Source: Thermodesulfobacteriota bacterium
Lineage (GTDB): Bacteria; Desulfobacterota; Desulfobacteria; Desulfobacterales; C00003060
Length of the DNA stretch: 64,000 nt
Assembly: GCA_034189385.1 (NCBI GenBank)
Contig: JAXHVD010000022.1
Span: forward strand, 1-64,000
Direction of reading: 5' to 3'
A program made the position numbers and the translations under genes. Shown piece by piece: positions 39,862-50,089 of this stretch. The notes below the pieces were generated by a model. It was not told the DNA's origin. It worked only from the letters and a program-made list of their open reading frames with translations, and searched no databases. How positions within the stretch are numbered: the stretch's first letter is position 1; each line of letters starts with the position of its first letter.

Positions 39862-39907
39862 TGCTTGGTCGCGTGTTACTTATGGGGAAACCGGTGGGCA
39901 GCAGTAC

Positions 39908-40726
39908 ATGACTACCATGGAACGGATTGGACTCATCTCGGGGAGCGGGCAGTTCCCCGTTGTCTTTTCAAGGGCTGCAAGGAAAAAGGGACTGAAGGTC
40001 TATGCCATAGCCCATGAAGGAGAAACAGAGCCCCGTTTGGAGACCTTTGTGGAGGCCATGAAGTGGATCAAGATCGGCCAACTGAATCAACTCATTTCAT
40101 TCTTCAGGGGCCATGGCGTGAAGGATGCCGTGATGGCAGGGGCCATCACCAAAACCAAGATGTTCTCTGATGTGAGGCCCGATTTAAAAGCCCTGAAGGT
40201 TCTTGCCACGATGGACCACACACAAGATGATGGCCTCTTGCGGGCCTTTGCCAGGGAGCTGGAACGGGCGGGAATTACCATCCACGCCTCAACTTTCTTG
40301 CTTCCAGAGCTCTTGGCGCAGAAAGGACGTTGGACGCGGCGTAAACCCTCCAAGTCTGAGATGTCTGATGTGCGTTTTGGATGGGGTATCGTCAAAGAGA
40401 TCGGAAGACTAGACATCGGTCAAACGGTCGTTGTCAGGGATGGGTCGGTGATGGCCGTCGAGGCCATTGACGGCACCAATGCTACCATAAAGCGAGGGGG
40501 AACGCTTGGAAGGGAAAAGACCGTTGTGGTGAAGGCAAGCAAGCCCAACCAGGATTTGCGCTTTGACATGCCTGCCGTGGGAGTGGAGACTATCCTGACG
40601 ATGGGTGATGCTAGGGCCTCGGTCTTGGCTGTTGAGGCCGGTAAGACACTGGTTTTTGACAGGGATGATATGGTAGAGCGTGCCAATGAGCAAGGTATTG
40701 CCATCATAGGTATAGATTGGGAGTGA
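39908..40726 (+). CDS. lpxI: UDP-2,3-diacylglucosamine diphosphatase
   Basis: GLISGSGQFP, DIGQTVV, AVEAIDGT, KPNQDLRFDMPAVG. Confidence 0.95.
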   Translation: MTTMERIGLISGSGQFPVVFSRAARKKGLKVYAIAHEGETEPRLETFVEAMKWIKIGQLNQLISFFRGHGVKDAVMAGAITKTKMFSDVRPDLKALKVLATMDHTQDDGLLRAFARELERAGITIHASTFLLPELLAQKGRWTRRKPSKSEMSDVRFGWGIVKEIGRLDIGQTVVVRDGSVMAVEAIDGTNATIKRGGTLGREKTVVVKASKPNQDLRFDMPAVGVETILTMGDARASVLAVEAGKTLVFDRDDMVERANEQGIAIIGIDWE

Positions 40727-40995
40727 GCGTTCACCGAGGTGCCCGGTGTCTCCAAAGTCAGTTCAAGTGGTCCTCCATCCAATTGTATAGCTCTTCGACG
40801 ACCTTTGTTGCAGTCCGACCTTAAAACAAGCTGCAAGAGAATAATCCTTTGACAGCACCGGTACAGGTTGAGGGTTGAAGGGTTCCACCAAGGGGATCAC
40901 CTGCATGCATTCTGAAACTTTGCAGAGAAGCGGGAATGATTGCCTTTCGAAGTCGGTGCGTGTCATCTAATGGCAGGCCTATTCATGGGAAGGTC

Positions 40996-42132
40996 ATGGA
41001 CGAGAAGAGAAAAATCATGATTGTGGCCGGCGAAGCGTCCGGTGACATGCACGGTGCACGCCTCGTTAAGGCTATGCAGGCGCACGATCCCGGCCTCGGC
41101 TTTTTGGGCGTAGGGGGAAAGGCCCTTCGACAAGCTGGCGTTCGCATAAGGGTTGACAACTCTGAAATAGCGGTCGTAGGGCTTTCGGAGGCCCTGTCCA
41201 AGCTTGGAGTCCTTTTCAGTGCCCTCAGGACCGTGAAGGAGGATCTAAGAAGCATTCGTCCTCACCTTGTCATTGTCATCGATTTTCCAGACTTTAACCT
41301 ACGGGTTTCCAAGATGGCCAAGAGGCTTGGTATCCCAGTCATGTACTACATTAGCCCTCAGATATGGGCATGGCGCACCGGCAGGGTAAAGAAGATCAAA
41401 AAGGTAGTAGACCATATGGTGGTGATCTTTCCCTTTGAAACGGCGTTTTACGAGAAATGGCATGTGCCGGTGACCTTTGTTGGGCATCCTTTGCTGGACA
41501 ATGTCAGTTCCGGGACATCTGAGGGGGCCAGGGAGGATCTTAGGGGGAAAGGCCCCCTCATCGGATTGCTCCCTGGCAGCCGAAATGAGGAGATTCGCCA
41601 CCTCCTTCCTACCATGGTTCAAGCGGCAGACATATTGTCGAAACATTTGTCGGATGTCCGGTTTGCTATCCCCGTGGCCTCTTCCGTGGACAAAGGCTTG
41701 GTGGAGGCTATTACGAAGCAAGGGACGTCGCGTTTTCTGATCGTGTCAGATCGGCTTCATGACATATTGGCGGAGGCTGCACTGGCCGTAACGGCATCTG
41801 GGACGGTGACTTTAGAGGCGGCTATTGCAGGCACTCCCATGATTATTGTGTATAAACTATCGGGTTTCAGCTACCGGGTTGGGAGGTGCCTGATTCGCGT
41901 AGAGCACATTGGCCTGGTGAACTTGGTGGCAGGTAGACGGGTTGTTCCGGAGTTGATTCAACACGAGGCTTCGGCAGAGAATATTTCCCACCACGTATTG
42001 GAGATGCTGGAAGATGAACATGCCCTTTTGACCATGCGGCGGCAGTTAGGTGATGTGGTGAAGCGTTTGGGCCATCCAGGGGCCTCAGAGCGTGCTGCAG
42101 AGGTGGCCATGGGGTTGCTCGCCAGAAACTGA
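40996..42132 (+). CDS. lpxB: Lipid-A-disaccharide synthase
   Basis: AGEASGD, IDFPDFN, SPQIWAWR, FVGHP, LPGSR, ASGTVTLE. Confidence 0.97.
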   Translation: MDEKRKIMIVAGEASGDMHGARLVKAMQAHDPGLGFLGVGGKALRQAGVRIRVDNSEIAVVGLSEALSKLGVLFSALRTVKEDLRSIRPHLVIVIDFPDFNLRVSKMAKRLGIPVMYYISPQIWAWRTGRVKKIKKVVDHMVVIFPFETAFYEKWHVPVTFVGHPLLDNVSSGTSEGAREDLRGKGPLIGLLPGSRNEEIRHLLPTMVQAADILSKHLSDVRFAIPVASSVDKGLVEAITKQGTSRFLIVSDRLHDILAEAALAVTASGTVTLEAAIAGTPMIIVYKLSGFSYRVGRCLIRVEHIGLVNLVAGRRVVPELIQHEASAENISHHVLEMLEDEHALLTMRRQLGDVVKRLGHPGASERAAEVAMGLLARN

Positions 42133-42134
42133 TT

Positions 42135-42338
42135 GGTGACGTTCAGAAGTTGTGACATCGTGTATTCATGGACAAACAACTTGCGGATAGGGCGAATCGC
42201 TTCTCTTCGGCATCCAATGCCTCTAAGTAGCCTATATCATAGGCGTAGATAGAAATGGCTGTATGCCTACGTTCAGCGATCCTCCCTATCCTTTTAATAG
42301 CCTATTAAGAGGGTTTGCCTCAACTTTTGAACGTTACC
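42135..42338 (+). mobile_element. MITE family A, copy 3 (204 bp)
   Basis: GGTGACGTTCA / TGAACGTTACC TIRs; perfect 8-bp TSD AACTGATT (42127-42134, 42339-42346). Confidence 0.9.
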
Positions 42339-42356
42339 AACTGATTCGGTTATCGT

Positions 42357-43034
42357 ATGGATAGAGAAAGATCACAAAGGTCCGGGTTGAAGTGGTGGCT
42401 CGTGGGCTGGCTTGGCAAGGGTTTGGTCGACCTGATTTGTGGCACTATCAGGATTTCCGTTGTGGGCCTTGAGAAGGCCAGGGCAGAGATCGAGTCGCGG
42501 CGGTTTATCCTGACCTTTTGGCACTCGAGGATCGCCGTCATCAGCTACTTGTACCAGAGGTGGGGGGCGGCCATACTGGTGAGCAACTCTAAGGACGGAG
42601 AGATCATGGCGCAGATACTCCAACGCCAGGGCCACGAGCCCATCCGTGGGTCAACGTCAAGACACGCCGTCCGGGCCCTGGCGAGATTAATCAGAGCACT
42701 AAAGCAGGAGAATCGTCCTGGAGTTATTGTCCCAGACGGCCCCCGGGGACCACGATTCAAAGTCCAGCCCGGCGTCATTACCTTGGCTCAGAAGACAGGG
42801 TATTCTATTGTGCCTGTGACTTACAGCGCAAAGAGGGTGAAAGTTTTTCAAAGCTGGGACAGATTCATCTTCCCTTACCCTTTTACCGAGGGTCGTGTTA
42901 TTTTCGGCAGACCCATGTCCACGCCTTCCACACTGGCCGCGGAGGAGCAAGATGTCTATCGGGTCAGGCTAGAAGAGGAACTCAATCGGATCACCAGGGC
43001 TGCAGACTGCTACTACGGACATCAAATAGACTAA
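42357..43034 (+). CDS. DUF374 lysophospholipid acyltransferase family (LpxJ-like)
   Basis: FWHSR, SKDGE, IRGST, PDGPRGP, SWDRF..PYPF; lipid A operon context. Confidence 0.85.
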   Translation: MDRERSQRSGLKWWLVGWLGKGLVDLICGTIRISVVGLEKARAEIESRRFILTFWHSRIAVISYLYQRWGAAILVSNSKDGEIMAQILQRQGHEPIRGSTSRHAVRALARLIRALKQENRPGVIVPDGPRGPRFKVQPGVITLAQKTGYSIVPVTYSAKRVKVFQSWDRFIFPYPFTEGRVIFGRPMSTPSTLAAEEQDVYRVRLEEELNRITRAADCYYGHQID

Positions 43035-43101
43035 ACCCGTTGCATAAACAACATGGCAAAAGGTCCTAAAAAGCAACGTTAGGGTAAAATGACATCGAGC
43101 T

Positions 43102-44880
43102 ATGGCTGTAAAGAGAAGAAATCGTAAAGACCTGCTGGAGGTATGCCGCCGGGTTCTGGGCCTCGTGAGATCGCAGTGGCGTCGTCTGGTATTGGCCATG
43201 TTGTGCATGCTGATGATAGCGTTGCTGACTCCTGCAAAAGCCTATCTCGTGAAGCCAGTCGTTGACGATATCTTTGTCAACAAAAACATGAGAATGCTGA
43301 AGCTCATTCCCTTTGCCATCATCATGATCTACGTATTGGAAGCGCTGTTTCTTTTTGGTCAGGCCTATCTCATGAACTACGTGGGCCATGGCCTTATCAA
43401 ACGACTGCGGGACCGGCTGTACAGCCACATTCAAATGTTGCCTTTGTCTTTTTTTCATCAACGCGAAACCGGCGTCCTCATGGCAAGGATAACAAATGAC
43501 GTGAGCATTATTAAGGGCATGGTTTCCAATGCTGCTGCAGGGATGGTGAAGGACGCTTTTAGCATCATAGGCCTTCTGTGCCTCATCTTCTACCTAGAGT
43601 GGAAGCTGGCCATCATTGCAGTCACTGTCTTGCCTCTGGCCGCAGTCCTTATTGTCCATTTTGGCAGAAGAATGCGCAAACTGAGCACTCGGCGCCAGGA
43701 AGCCATGGCGGACATGAGTTCCCTGGTCCATGAGACCTTTACCGGTACCAGAATTGTAAAGGCTTTTGGAATGGAACCTTATGAGAACAAGCGTTTTTTT
43801 GACAAGACGCATCGGCTCTTTAAGTATGAGATCAGGGCCGCAATCGTAAGATCCATGTCCTCGCCTGTGATGGGATTATTGGGTGGCACCGGTGTGGCCC
43901 TTATTGTCTGGTATGGAGGGGGAAGGGTGATTGACGGGGTATCGACGCCGGGCACGTTCTTTTCTTTTATGACTGCCCTCTTGATGTTCTACCAGCCGAT
44001 CAAGGCCATCAGTAAACTGAACAATACCATTCAAGAAGGGCTGGCAGCAGCAATTCGCGTCTATGACATCCTGGATACCAATTCGGATATCGAAGAGCGC
44101 CCTGATGCTGCAGAACTGGAGCCGGGCCATCATAAGATTGTTTTTCGCCACGTCTCTTTTAAGTATGACGATCAGATGGTCTTAAGAAACATCAATCTTC
44201 ACGTTAAGAGTGGAGAGGTTCTTGCTCTGGTGGGCATGAGCGGGGGGGGGAAGAGCACCTTGGTGAATTTGATCCCTCGCTTTTATGACGTATGGGAGGG
44301 GGATATCCTTATTGACGGGTGTGACATCCGGGATGTCACCATCAAATCGCTGCGAAATCAGATAGGGATGGTGACCCAAGATCCCATACTTTTTAATGAC
44401 ACCATTCGAAACAATGTTGCCTACGGCAATCTCAATGCCTCCGAAGAGGAGATCATTGGAGCCGCCAAAGCTGCCTATGCCTATGATTTTATACAGGGCT
44501 TCCCCGACAAGTTTGAAACCGTGGCGGGCGAGAAAGGCGTGCGACTTTCTGGCGGGGAAAAGCAGCGCATTTGCATTGCCCGTGCCCTTTTGAAAAACGC
44601 ACCTATCCTGATCCTTGACGAAGCCACCTCTTCACTGGATACGGAGTCGGAAGTGGCTGTCCAGCAGGCCCTTGAGAACTTGATGAAGGGTCGCACGACC
44701 TTTGTCATTGCCCATCGACTTTCTACTGTTCGCAATGCTGATCGGATCATCGTGATTGTAAGGGGCCGGATTGTGGAGGAGGGCACACATGAAGAACTCA
44801 TGGCCCTTGATGGAGAGTATTGTAAACTTCACGAAATGCAATTTGAAAACAAGAATCATCGCATCGCTTCTCCCTTATGA
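43102..44880 (+). CDS. msbA: Lipid A export ABC transporter
   Basis: Six-TM domain plus GMSGGGKST, LSGGEKQR, LDEATSSLD; context. Confidence 0.92.
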   Translation: MAVKRRNRKDLLEVCRRVLGLVRSQWRRLVLAMLCMLMIALLTPAKAYLVKPVVDDIFVNKNMRMLKLIPFAIIMIYVLEALFLFGQAYLMNYVGHGLIKRLRDRLYSHIQMLPLSFFHQRETGVLMARITNDVSIIKGMVSNAAAGMVKDAFSIIGLLCLIFYLEWKLAIIAVTVLPLAAVLIVHFGRRMRKLSTRRQEAMADMSSLVHETFTGTRIVKAFGMEPYENKRFFDKTHRLFKYEIRAAIVRSMSSPVMGLLGGTGVALIVWYGGGRVIDGVSTPGTFFSFMTALLMFYQPIKAISKLNNTIQEGLAAAIRVYDILDTNSDIEERPDAAELEPGHHKIVFRHVSFKYDDQMVLRNINLHVKSGEVLALVGMSGGGKSTLVNLIPRFYDVWEGDILIDGCDIRDVTIKSLRNQIGMVTQDPILFNDTIRNNVAYGNLNASEEEIIGAAKAAYAYDFIQGFPDKFETVAGEKGVRLSGGEKQRICIARALLKNAPILILDEATSSLDTESEVAVQQALENLMKGRTTFVIAHRLSTVRNADRIIVIVRGRIVEEGTHEELMALDGEYCKLHEMQFENKNHRIASPL

Positions 44881-44979
44881 GATAGACGGCCAACAGAAGG
44901 GTCAGGCTTTTAGGGACAGAAGCCGTTGGCCTTTGTCATGGGCCGCAAGTTTATCCCATGAGTCTGGATCAACGGCAAG

Positions 44980-46212
44980 ATGACGTTCATGAGAATTAAC
45001 AGCATCATCAACAGGTATGTCTTCAGGGAGATGATGCCCCCCTTTCTCATTAGCCTGGTTTTGTTCACCTTCCTTTTTTTCATGGCCAAGATACTGGACG
45101 TCACCGACCTTGTCGTGAACCACGGGGTGAGCCTCTCCTTCGTCTTCTTACTGCTCATCTGCTCCATTCCTTCTTTTCTGGTCTTTGTCTTTCCCATGTC
45201 CACCATGATGGGTGTGCTCCTTGGTTTCTTGAGGATGTCCAATGACAATGAGATTATTGCCATGAAAGGGGGCGGGTTGAGTCTCTATAGGCTTCTTCCT
45301 CCTGTGTTTGTTTTTTGCTCAGTGGGCTTCGTCGCAACAGCTTTCATGTGTATCTATGGATCTCCATGGGGAAGACTCTCCTTTAAGGCTGTACTCCTGA
45401 AGGCCGCTACATCGAATATTAGTATTGGCTTAAAAGAGCGCACATTTAACGACAGTTTTGAAGATGTGATGTTGTACGTAAGCAAGATTGACGGACGAGA
45501 GAATACCTTGACAGACGTCTTCATCGAGGACCGGCAAGCGTCTGGAATTGTGAGTACGGTTGTCGCGCCAAAGGGAAGGTTCCTTTCTGATTCCGAAAAC
45601 AACAACTTGCGGCTAACCCTGTTCAACGGGATTATCAACAATGTGAAGCAAAAGGACAAGACTGTTCATTCCGTCAGCTTCGATACCTATGACTTTGATC
45701 TGAAACTGGCCCAGGTGCTCTCCGCGAAAAAGCATAAACGAAAAAATAGAAAGGAGATGAGCCTGGTCGAATTGCGCCAGAGTCTGAGTGAGACCGATAA
45801 GAACAGTCCGAGGCACAAGGCGATCCTCATGGAATACCACAAGAGGTTTTCCATCCCAGTTGCATGTTTTGTGCTGGGGATCATAGCAGTTCCACTGGGC
45901 ATTCAATCAAGGCTTACAAAACGATCCTTTGGAATGGTCCTTGGCCTGTTTTTCTTTCTGATTTACTATATCCTTCTGTCTGCCGGCTGGGTTGCGGGAG
46001 AGTCCGGGATCTTACCTCCTGTTGTTGGCATTTGGAGCCCCAACGTAGTGATCGGCGCTGTTGGTCTATATCTTCTAGTGTCCAGTGCAAAGGAACGTCC
46101 TGTAGTGACGAGACTGACCGGCTTCGTTGGGACACAATGGGAGAAGATCAGCAGGGGAAAAGGTTTACCCTTTGCCGTTTTCCGTTCAGCGAAGGACAAA
46201 AAGCGCAGGTGA
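44980..46212 (+). CDS. lptF: LPS export permease
   Basis: YjgP/Q family: RMSNDNEIIAM, EYHKRFSIP, WSPNV. Confidence 0.9.
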   Translation: MTFMRINSIINRYVFREMMPPFLISLVLFTFLFFMAKILDVTDLVVNHGVSLSFVFLLLICSIPSFLVFVFPMSTMMGVLLGFLRMSNDNEIIAMKGGGLSLYRLLPPVFVFCSVGFVATAFMCIYGSPWGRLSFKAVLLKAATSNISIGLKERTFNDSFEDVMLYVSKIDGRENTLTDVFIEDRQASGIVSTVVAPKGRFLSDSENNNLRLTLFNGIINNVKQKDKTVHSVSFDTYDFDLKLAQVLSAKKHKRKNRKEMSLVELRQSLSETDKNSPRHKAILMEYHKRFSIPVACFVLGIIAVPLGIQSRLTKRSFGMVLGLFFFLIYYILLSAGWVAGESGILPPVVGIWSPNVVIGAVGLYLLVSSAKERPVVTRLTGFVGTQWEKISRGKGLPFAVFRSAKDKKRR

Positions 46213-46336
46213 TGATGCATCTTCAACGGAGACTCTGCGAAAGAGATGGCGGCGACAATAGGGTCAAACTGAGGGGAAGTGGAGGACCGACGGCGGTCGG
46301 CGGCCAGGGACTAGTAAGTAACGGTGAACGGTTACC

Positions 46337-47413
46337 ATGACGATCATTCATAGATACCTGACCAGGGAATTGCTCAAATACTTCTCAATTGTTCTAGCCT
46401 CTGTTGTGGGTATCTATCTGACTGTCGATTTCTTTGGGAAAATCGACGACTTTTTGGAGGCCAAGCTTCCGCTTTCACTGGCCCTTCAATTCTTTTCACT
46501 GAAGGTGCCCCTTATAGTGGGGCAGGTAATCCCCGTTGGGGTTCTATTAGCTGTTCTCATAGTCTTCGGCCTCATGGCTAAGAGTAATGAGATATTGGCT
46601 TTGAAAAGCGGCGGGGTCAGTGTCCGAACTCTCCTCAAGCCTGTGTGCGCTATGGGTCTCATAGCGAGTGTCGTGCTCTTTTTTCTAAGTGAAGTGTTGG
46701 TCCCCGTGACCACGGCAAAGTCAAACGAAATATGGCGCACTGAAGTAAAGGGCGAATCTGCAGTCTCGTCTAGGAAGAAAGATATTTGGATTAGTGGTGA
46801 CCACTCCATTCATCATGTGGCCTATTTCAACTTTTCCGATAAGACGATTTTCGGTGTCACATCGAACTATTTTGACAAGGATTTTCGCCTGGTAAAACGA
46901 CTTGACGCCCAGAAGGGTGTTTATGTGGAAGAAGGATGGCGTCTATTCGATGTCCTTGAACAGTCCTTGTTGAGTGGAAATGGTGGCTACGACGTCACCT
47001 GTAAGGATGACACCTTTGTACAACTTGAGTTTGGTCCCGAAGATCTCAGGAGGGTGGCTAAGAAGCCTGAAGAAATGAGTTACGGCGAGCTGTCCCGATA
47101 CATAGGTGAGGTTGAAGGCCGAGGGTATGACGCCACGAACCACAAGGTGGATCTTAACTCCAAAATAGCGTATCCCTTGGTGTGTTTGATCATGAGCATT
47201 TTAGGTGGGGGCTTGGCACTTTGGCGGGAAAGAAAGGAGGGCTTTGCCGGCAATATTTTCTATGGCATTGTTATGGCCTTCTTCTATTGGACCCTTCACA
47301 GTTTCTGCTTGTCCTTGGGATATGGGGAGTTCTTGCCGCCTATGGTGGCTGCGTGGATCGCGAACGGTCTGTTCGCCTGTTTTGGGATGTTTTTGTTGTT
47401 CCAGGCCGATTGA
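46337..47413 (+). CDS. lptG: LPS export permease
   Basis: SNEILALKSGG, PEEMSY.EL, KIAYP, LPPMVAAW. Confidence 0.9.
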   Translation: MTIIHRYLTRELLKYFSIVLASVVGIYLTVDFFGKIDDFLEAKLPLSLALQFFSLKVPLIVGQVIPVGVLLAVLIVFGLMAKSNEILALKSGGVSVRTLLKPVCAMGLIASVVLFFLSEVLVPVTTAKSNEIWRTEVKGESAVSSRKKDIWISGDHSIHHVAYFNFSDKTIFGVTSNYFDKDFRLVKRLDAQKGVYVEEGWRLFDVLEQSLLSGNGGYDVTCKDDTFVQLEFGPEDLRRVAKKPEEMSYGELSRYIGEVEGRGYDATNHKVDLNSKIAYPLVCLIMSILGGGLALWRERKEGFAGNIFYGIVMAFFYWTLHSFCLSLGYGEFLPPMVAAWIANGLFACFGMFLLFQAD

Positions 47414-47628
47414 ACCAGGTTGAAAAGGGATACTCTTTTTGTGGAACATTGGGCTGAAGGGCTTTTGTGCGCTGGCGCAAGTCCAGGTGCAAGGCGCACA
47501 GGGAAAAAGCGTTGCCAAGTGGCTCATGGTCCACACAGGACTCATCGGCCCCGCCCCAAGGGGATTTGCCTCACTATGCAACAAATGGATTCGGTAGGTT
47601 GTCCGATTTCAAGACACAGTACAATATC

Positions 47629-48909
47629 GTGATCATTCTTTACAATATATTGCTTTCCATGGGCATCGTTTTATGCCTGCCTGTCATCGTCGTAAAGGTG
47701 CTGACGGACCAGAAGAGGGGCCGCACCGTTTTCAGGAGACTGGGCGTGCATCGTTTTACCAAGGCCCCTGCAACAAGACCGATTTGGGTTCATGCCCTTT
47801 CTGTTGGTGAGGTGCTGGCCGCTACCCCCTTGGTAGAAGAGATACGAAAAACGCACGCCCATTGGCCTGTCGTCGTATCGGTATCAACGCTTACCGGTTA
47901 TGAGATTGCCAAAAGGACCTTGGAAGCCGATGTTGATCAGATCTTTTACTTTCCCTATGACGTGGTTTGGTCTGTGAGAAGGATCATTCGCTCCATCCAT
48001 CCTGCCATATTCATCTTGGTGGAATCAGATATTTGGCCGAATTTCGTATACGAGATGAAGAGACAGCACATTCCCTTTGTTCTTGTAAACGGCCGGATTT
48101 CGCCAAGGTCTTTTTCTGGATATGGATATTTTTCTTTCTTCATGAGGCATGTGTTTTCCAACGTGTCCAGCATTTGCACCCAGACCGCCATGGATGCCAG
48201 GCGGTTTCTGGCAATCGGGACTCCACCTGAGAAGATTCACATCACGGGAAATATGAAGTTTGATCAGGCGCCTGTCTTTGCATCCTGTGAAGAGGTCAGT
48301 GAAATGAGAGCGGCCATGGGCATCACACCAGTGGCTAAGGTGGTGGTGGCAGGAAGCACTCATGAGGGTGAGGAGGCGGTGCTGTCGCGTTGCGTCCGGG
48401 CCCTGAAGAGGAATTTCCCAGACCTTGTGTTGGTCCTGGTGCCGAGAGATCCATTGCGGGCCAAGAGCATTCAGGCAATCCTTAGCCAAACAGGATGTCT
48501 TGCTTTGTTGAAAACCCAATTAGGGAAAATGGAGCCAAAGTACATGCCGGAGGTCATCATTGTCGATACCATAGGCGAACTGAGACGACTATATGCCATG
48601 GCTGACGTCGTATTTGTGGGAAAAAGCCTGGTAGATCTGGGAGGGCAGAATCCACTGGAACCAGCAGCCTTGAAAAAGCCCATACTCTTTGGGCCTCATA
48701 TGTTCAATTTTCAACGCGTTTCCGAGCAACTTGTTCGACAAGGTGGCGCCCTACAGGTGGCAAACGAGGAGGAACTTTTGCATCAGCTAGATGCGCTGCT
48801 GGCCGATGCCGCCAGATCCGAAGCTATGGGAATGGAGGCCTACAGGGTTTTTCAGATGAACCGAGGCGCTGTTGACAACACCTTAAGGGTGATTGAGGAG
48901 TTTCTGTAG
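47629..48909 (+). CDS. waaA: Kdo transferase, copy 1
   Basis: WVHALSVGE, ESDIWPN, GNMKFD, AGSTHEGE, GGQNPLEP; GTG start aligned with copy 2. Confidence 0.95.
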   Translation: MIILYNILLSMGIVLCLPVIVVKVLTDQKRGRTVFRRLGVHRFTKAPATRPIWVHALSVGEVLAATPLVEEIRKTHAHWPVVVSVSTLTGYEIAKRTLEADVDQIFYFPYDVVWSVRRIIRSIHPAIFILVESDIWPNFVYEMKRQHIPFVLVNGRISPRSFSGYGYFSFFMRHVFSNVSSICTQTAMDARRFLAIGTPPEKIHITGNMKFDQAPVFASCEEVSEMRAAMGITPVAKVVVAGSTHEGEEAVLSRCVRALKRNFPDLVLVLVPRDPLRAKSIQAILSQTGCLALLKTQLGKMEPKYMPEVIIVDTIGELRRLYAMADVVFVGKSLVDLGGQNPLEPAALKKPILFGPHMFNFQRVSEQLVRQGGALQVANEEELLHQLDALLADAARSEAMGMEAYRVFQMNRGAVDNTLRVIEEFL

Positions 48910-48911
48910 GA

Positions 48912-50024
48912 ATGGCTTCTCTGCGGAGCAAGATCGAGCGTGCCATGACTCAGGGGGGTGGGGCCGCCCGTCCCTTTTCATCACCCTTTGAATGGATACT
49001 CTACGTTTGTTCCCGGGTTTACGAACTTGCCGTGAGGCTCAGGCTCTGTCTTTACCAAAAGGGCATTTTTCGGCAAGAGGGATTACCGTGCAAGGTGATT
49101 TCTATCGGCAACTTGACGGTGGGGGGCACTGGAAAGACTCCCATGGTGCATTATGTAGCGACGCTGCTAAAGAAGATTGGCCTTGAGGTGGCCGTGATTA
49201 GTCGGGGATATGGAGGGGATGCCCAGCGATCGGGAGGCATTGTCTCAAATGGTAAGACCACCTTCATGGGACCAGAGGCATCAGGGGACGAACCCCAACT
49301 CTTGGCTTTAAAACTCAAGGGGATTCCATTGCTTGTGGGAAAGAACCGCTGTCGGGAAGCCAGGCGCGTCATTAAAGAATTCGGCGTATCGGTCCTGGTC
49401 CTGGATGACGGGTTCCAACACCTGCGTATGAAGAGGGACCTCGATCTGTTGCTCCTGGATAGCAAAAGGCCTTTTGGCAACGGCTACTGTCTTCCAAGGG
49501 GGACCCTTCGGGAACCTGTGAGACAGATGAAGCGTGCCACGGCCATAGTCCTCACGAGATGGCCAGAAACCTGCAGCCTGGCTCCAGAGCGCTCTATTAC
49601 CGAGGCTTGTGCCGAAGGACGTCCGATGTTCAAGTGTAGGCATGTGCCTGAGGCGCTATTTCCGGCTGGTAAAGAGGTGCCCCTGGAGCCGTCAAGTCTA
49701 AAGGGGCGAAGGCTTTTTGCCTTTTCCGGCCTTGGCCGAAATGAGTCCTTTCAAGAAACCATTGGCCAACTCAAAGGCCAGCTAGTCGGCTTCAGCGAGT
49801 TTCCGGACCATCATGGGTATTCTCATCGTGACCTGCGTTCAATCTGGAAAAGAGCCAGGGACTTGAAGGTTGACAACATCATCACAACTGAGAAGGATTT
49901 TGTAAAGATTCATACTGAGATTCCGGAAACCCCGCCGCTGTTGGTACTGGCGATTTCGATTTCATTTGGGGATGACGGGAAACGTTTTGACAGGTATGTG
50001 AGAAACTGGGCCTTGTCTCCTTAA
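48912..50024 (+). CDS. lpxK: Tetraacyldisaccharide 4'-kinase
   Basis: SIGNLTVGGTGKTP, SRGYG, LDDGFQH, FPDHH, TTEKD. Confidence 0.97.
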   Translation: MASLRSKIERAMTQGGGAARPFSSPFEWILYVCSRVYELAVRLRLCLYQKGIFRQEGLPCKVISIGNLTVGGTGKTPMVHYVATLLKKIGLEVAVISRGYGGDAQRSGGIVSNGKTTFMGPEASGDEPQLLALKLKGIPLLVGKNRCREARRVIKEFGVSVLVLDDGFQHLRMKRDLDLLLLDSKRPFGNGYCLPRGTLREPVRQMKRATAIVLTRWPETCSLAPERSITEACAEGRPMFKCRHVPEALFPAGKEVPLEPSSLKGRRLFAFSGLGRNESFQETIGQLKGQLVGFSEFPDHHGYSHRDLRSIWKRARDLKVDNIITTEKDFVKIHTEIPETPPLLVLAISISFGDDGKRFDRYVRNWALSP

Positions 50025-50089
50025 CTGGTTGACTGGCTAAATAGTTGACTGGTTAAGTGCTCGGCGTTGGGCCGTTTTCGCGCTGACTA

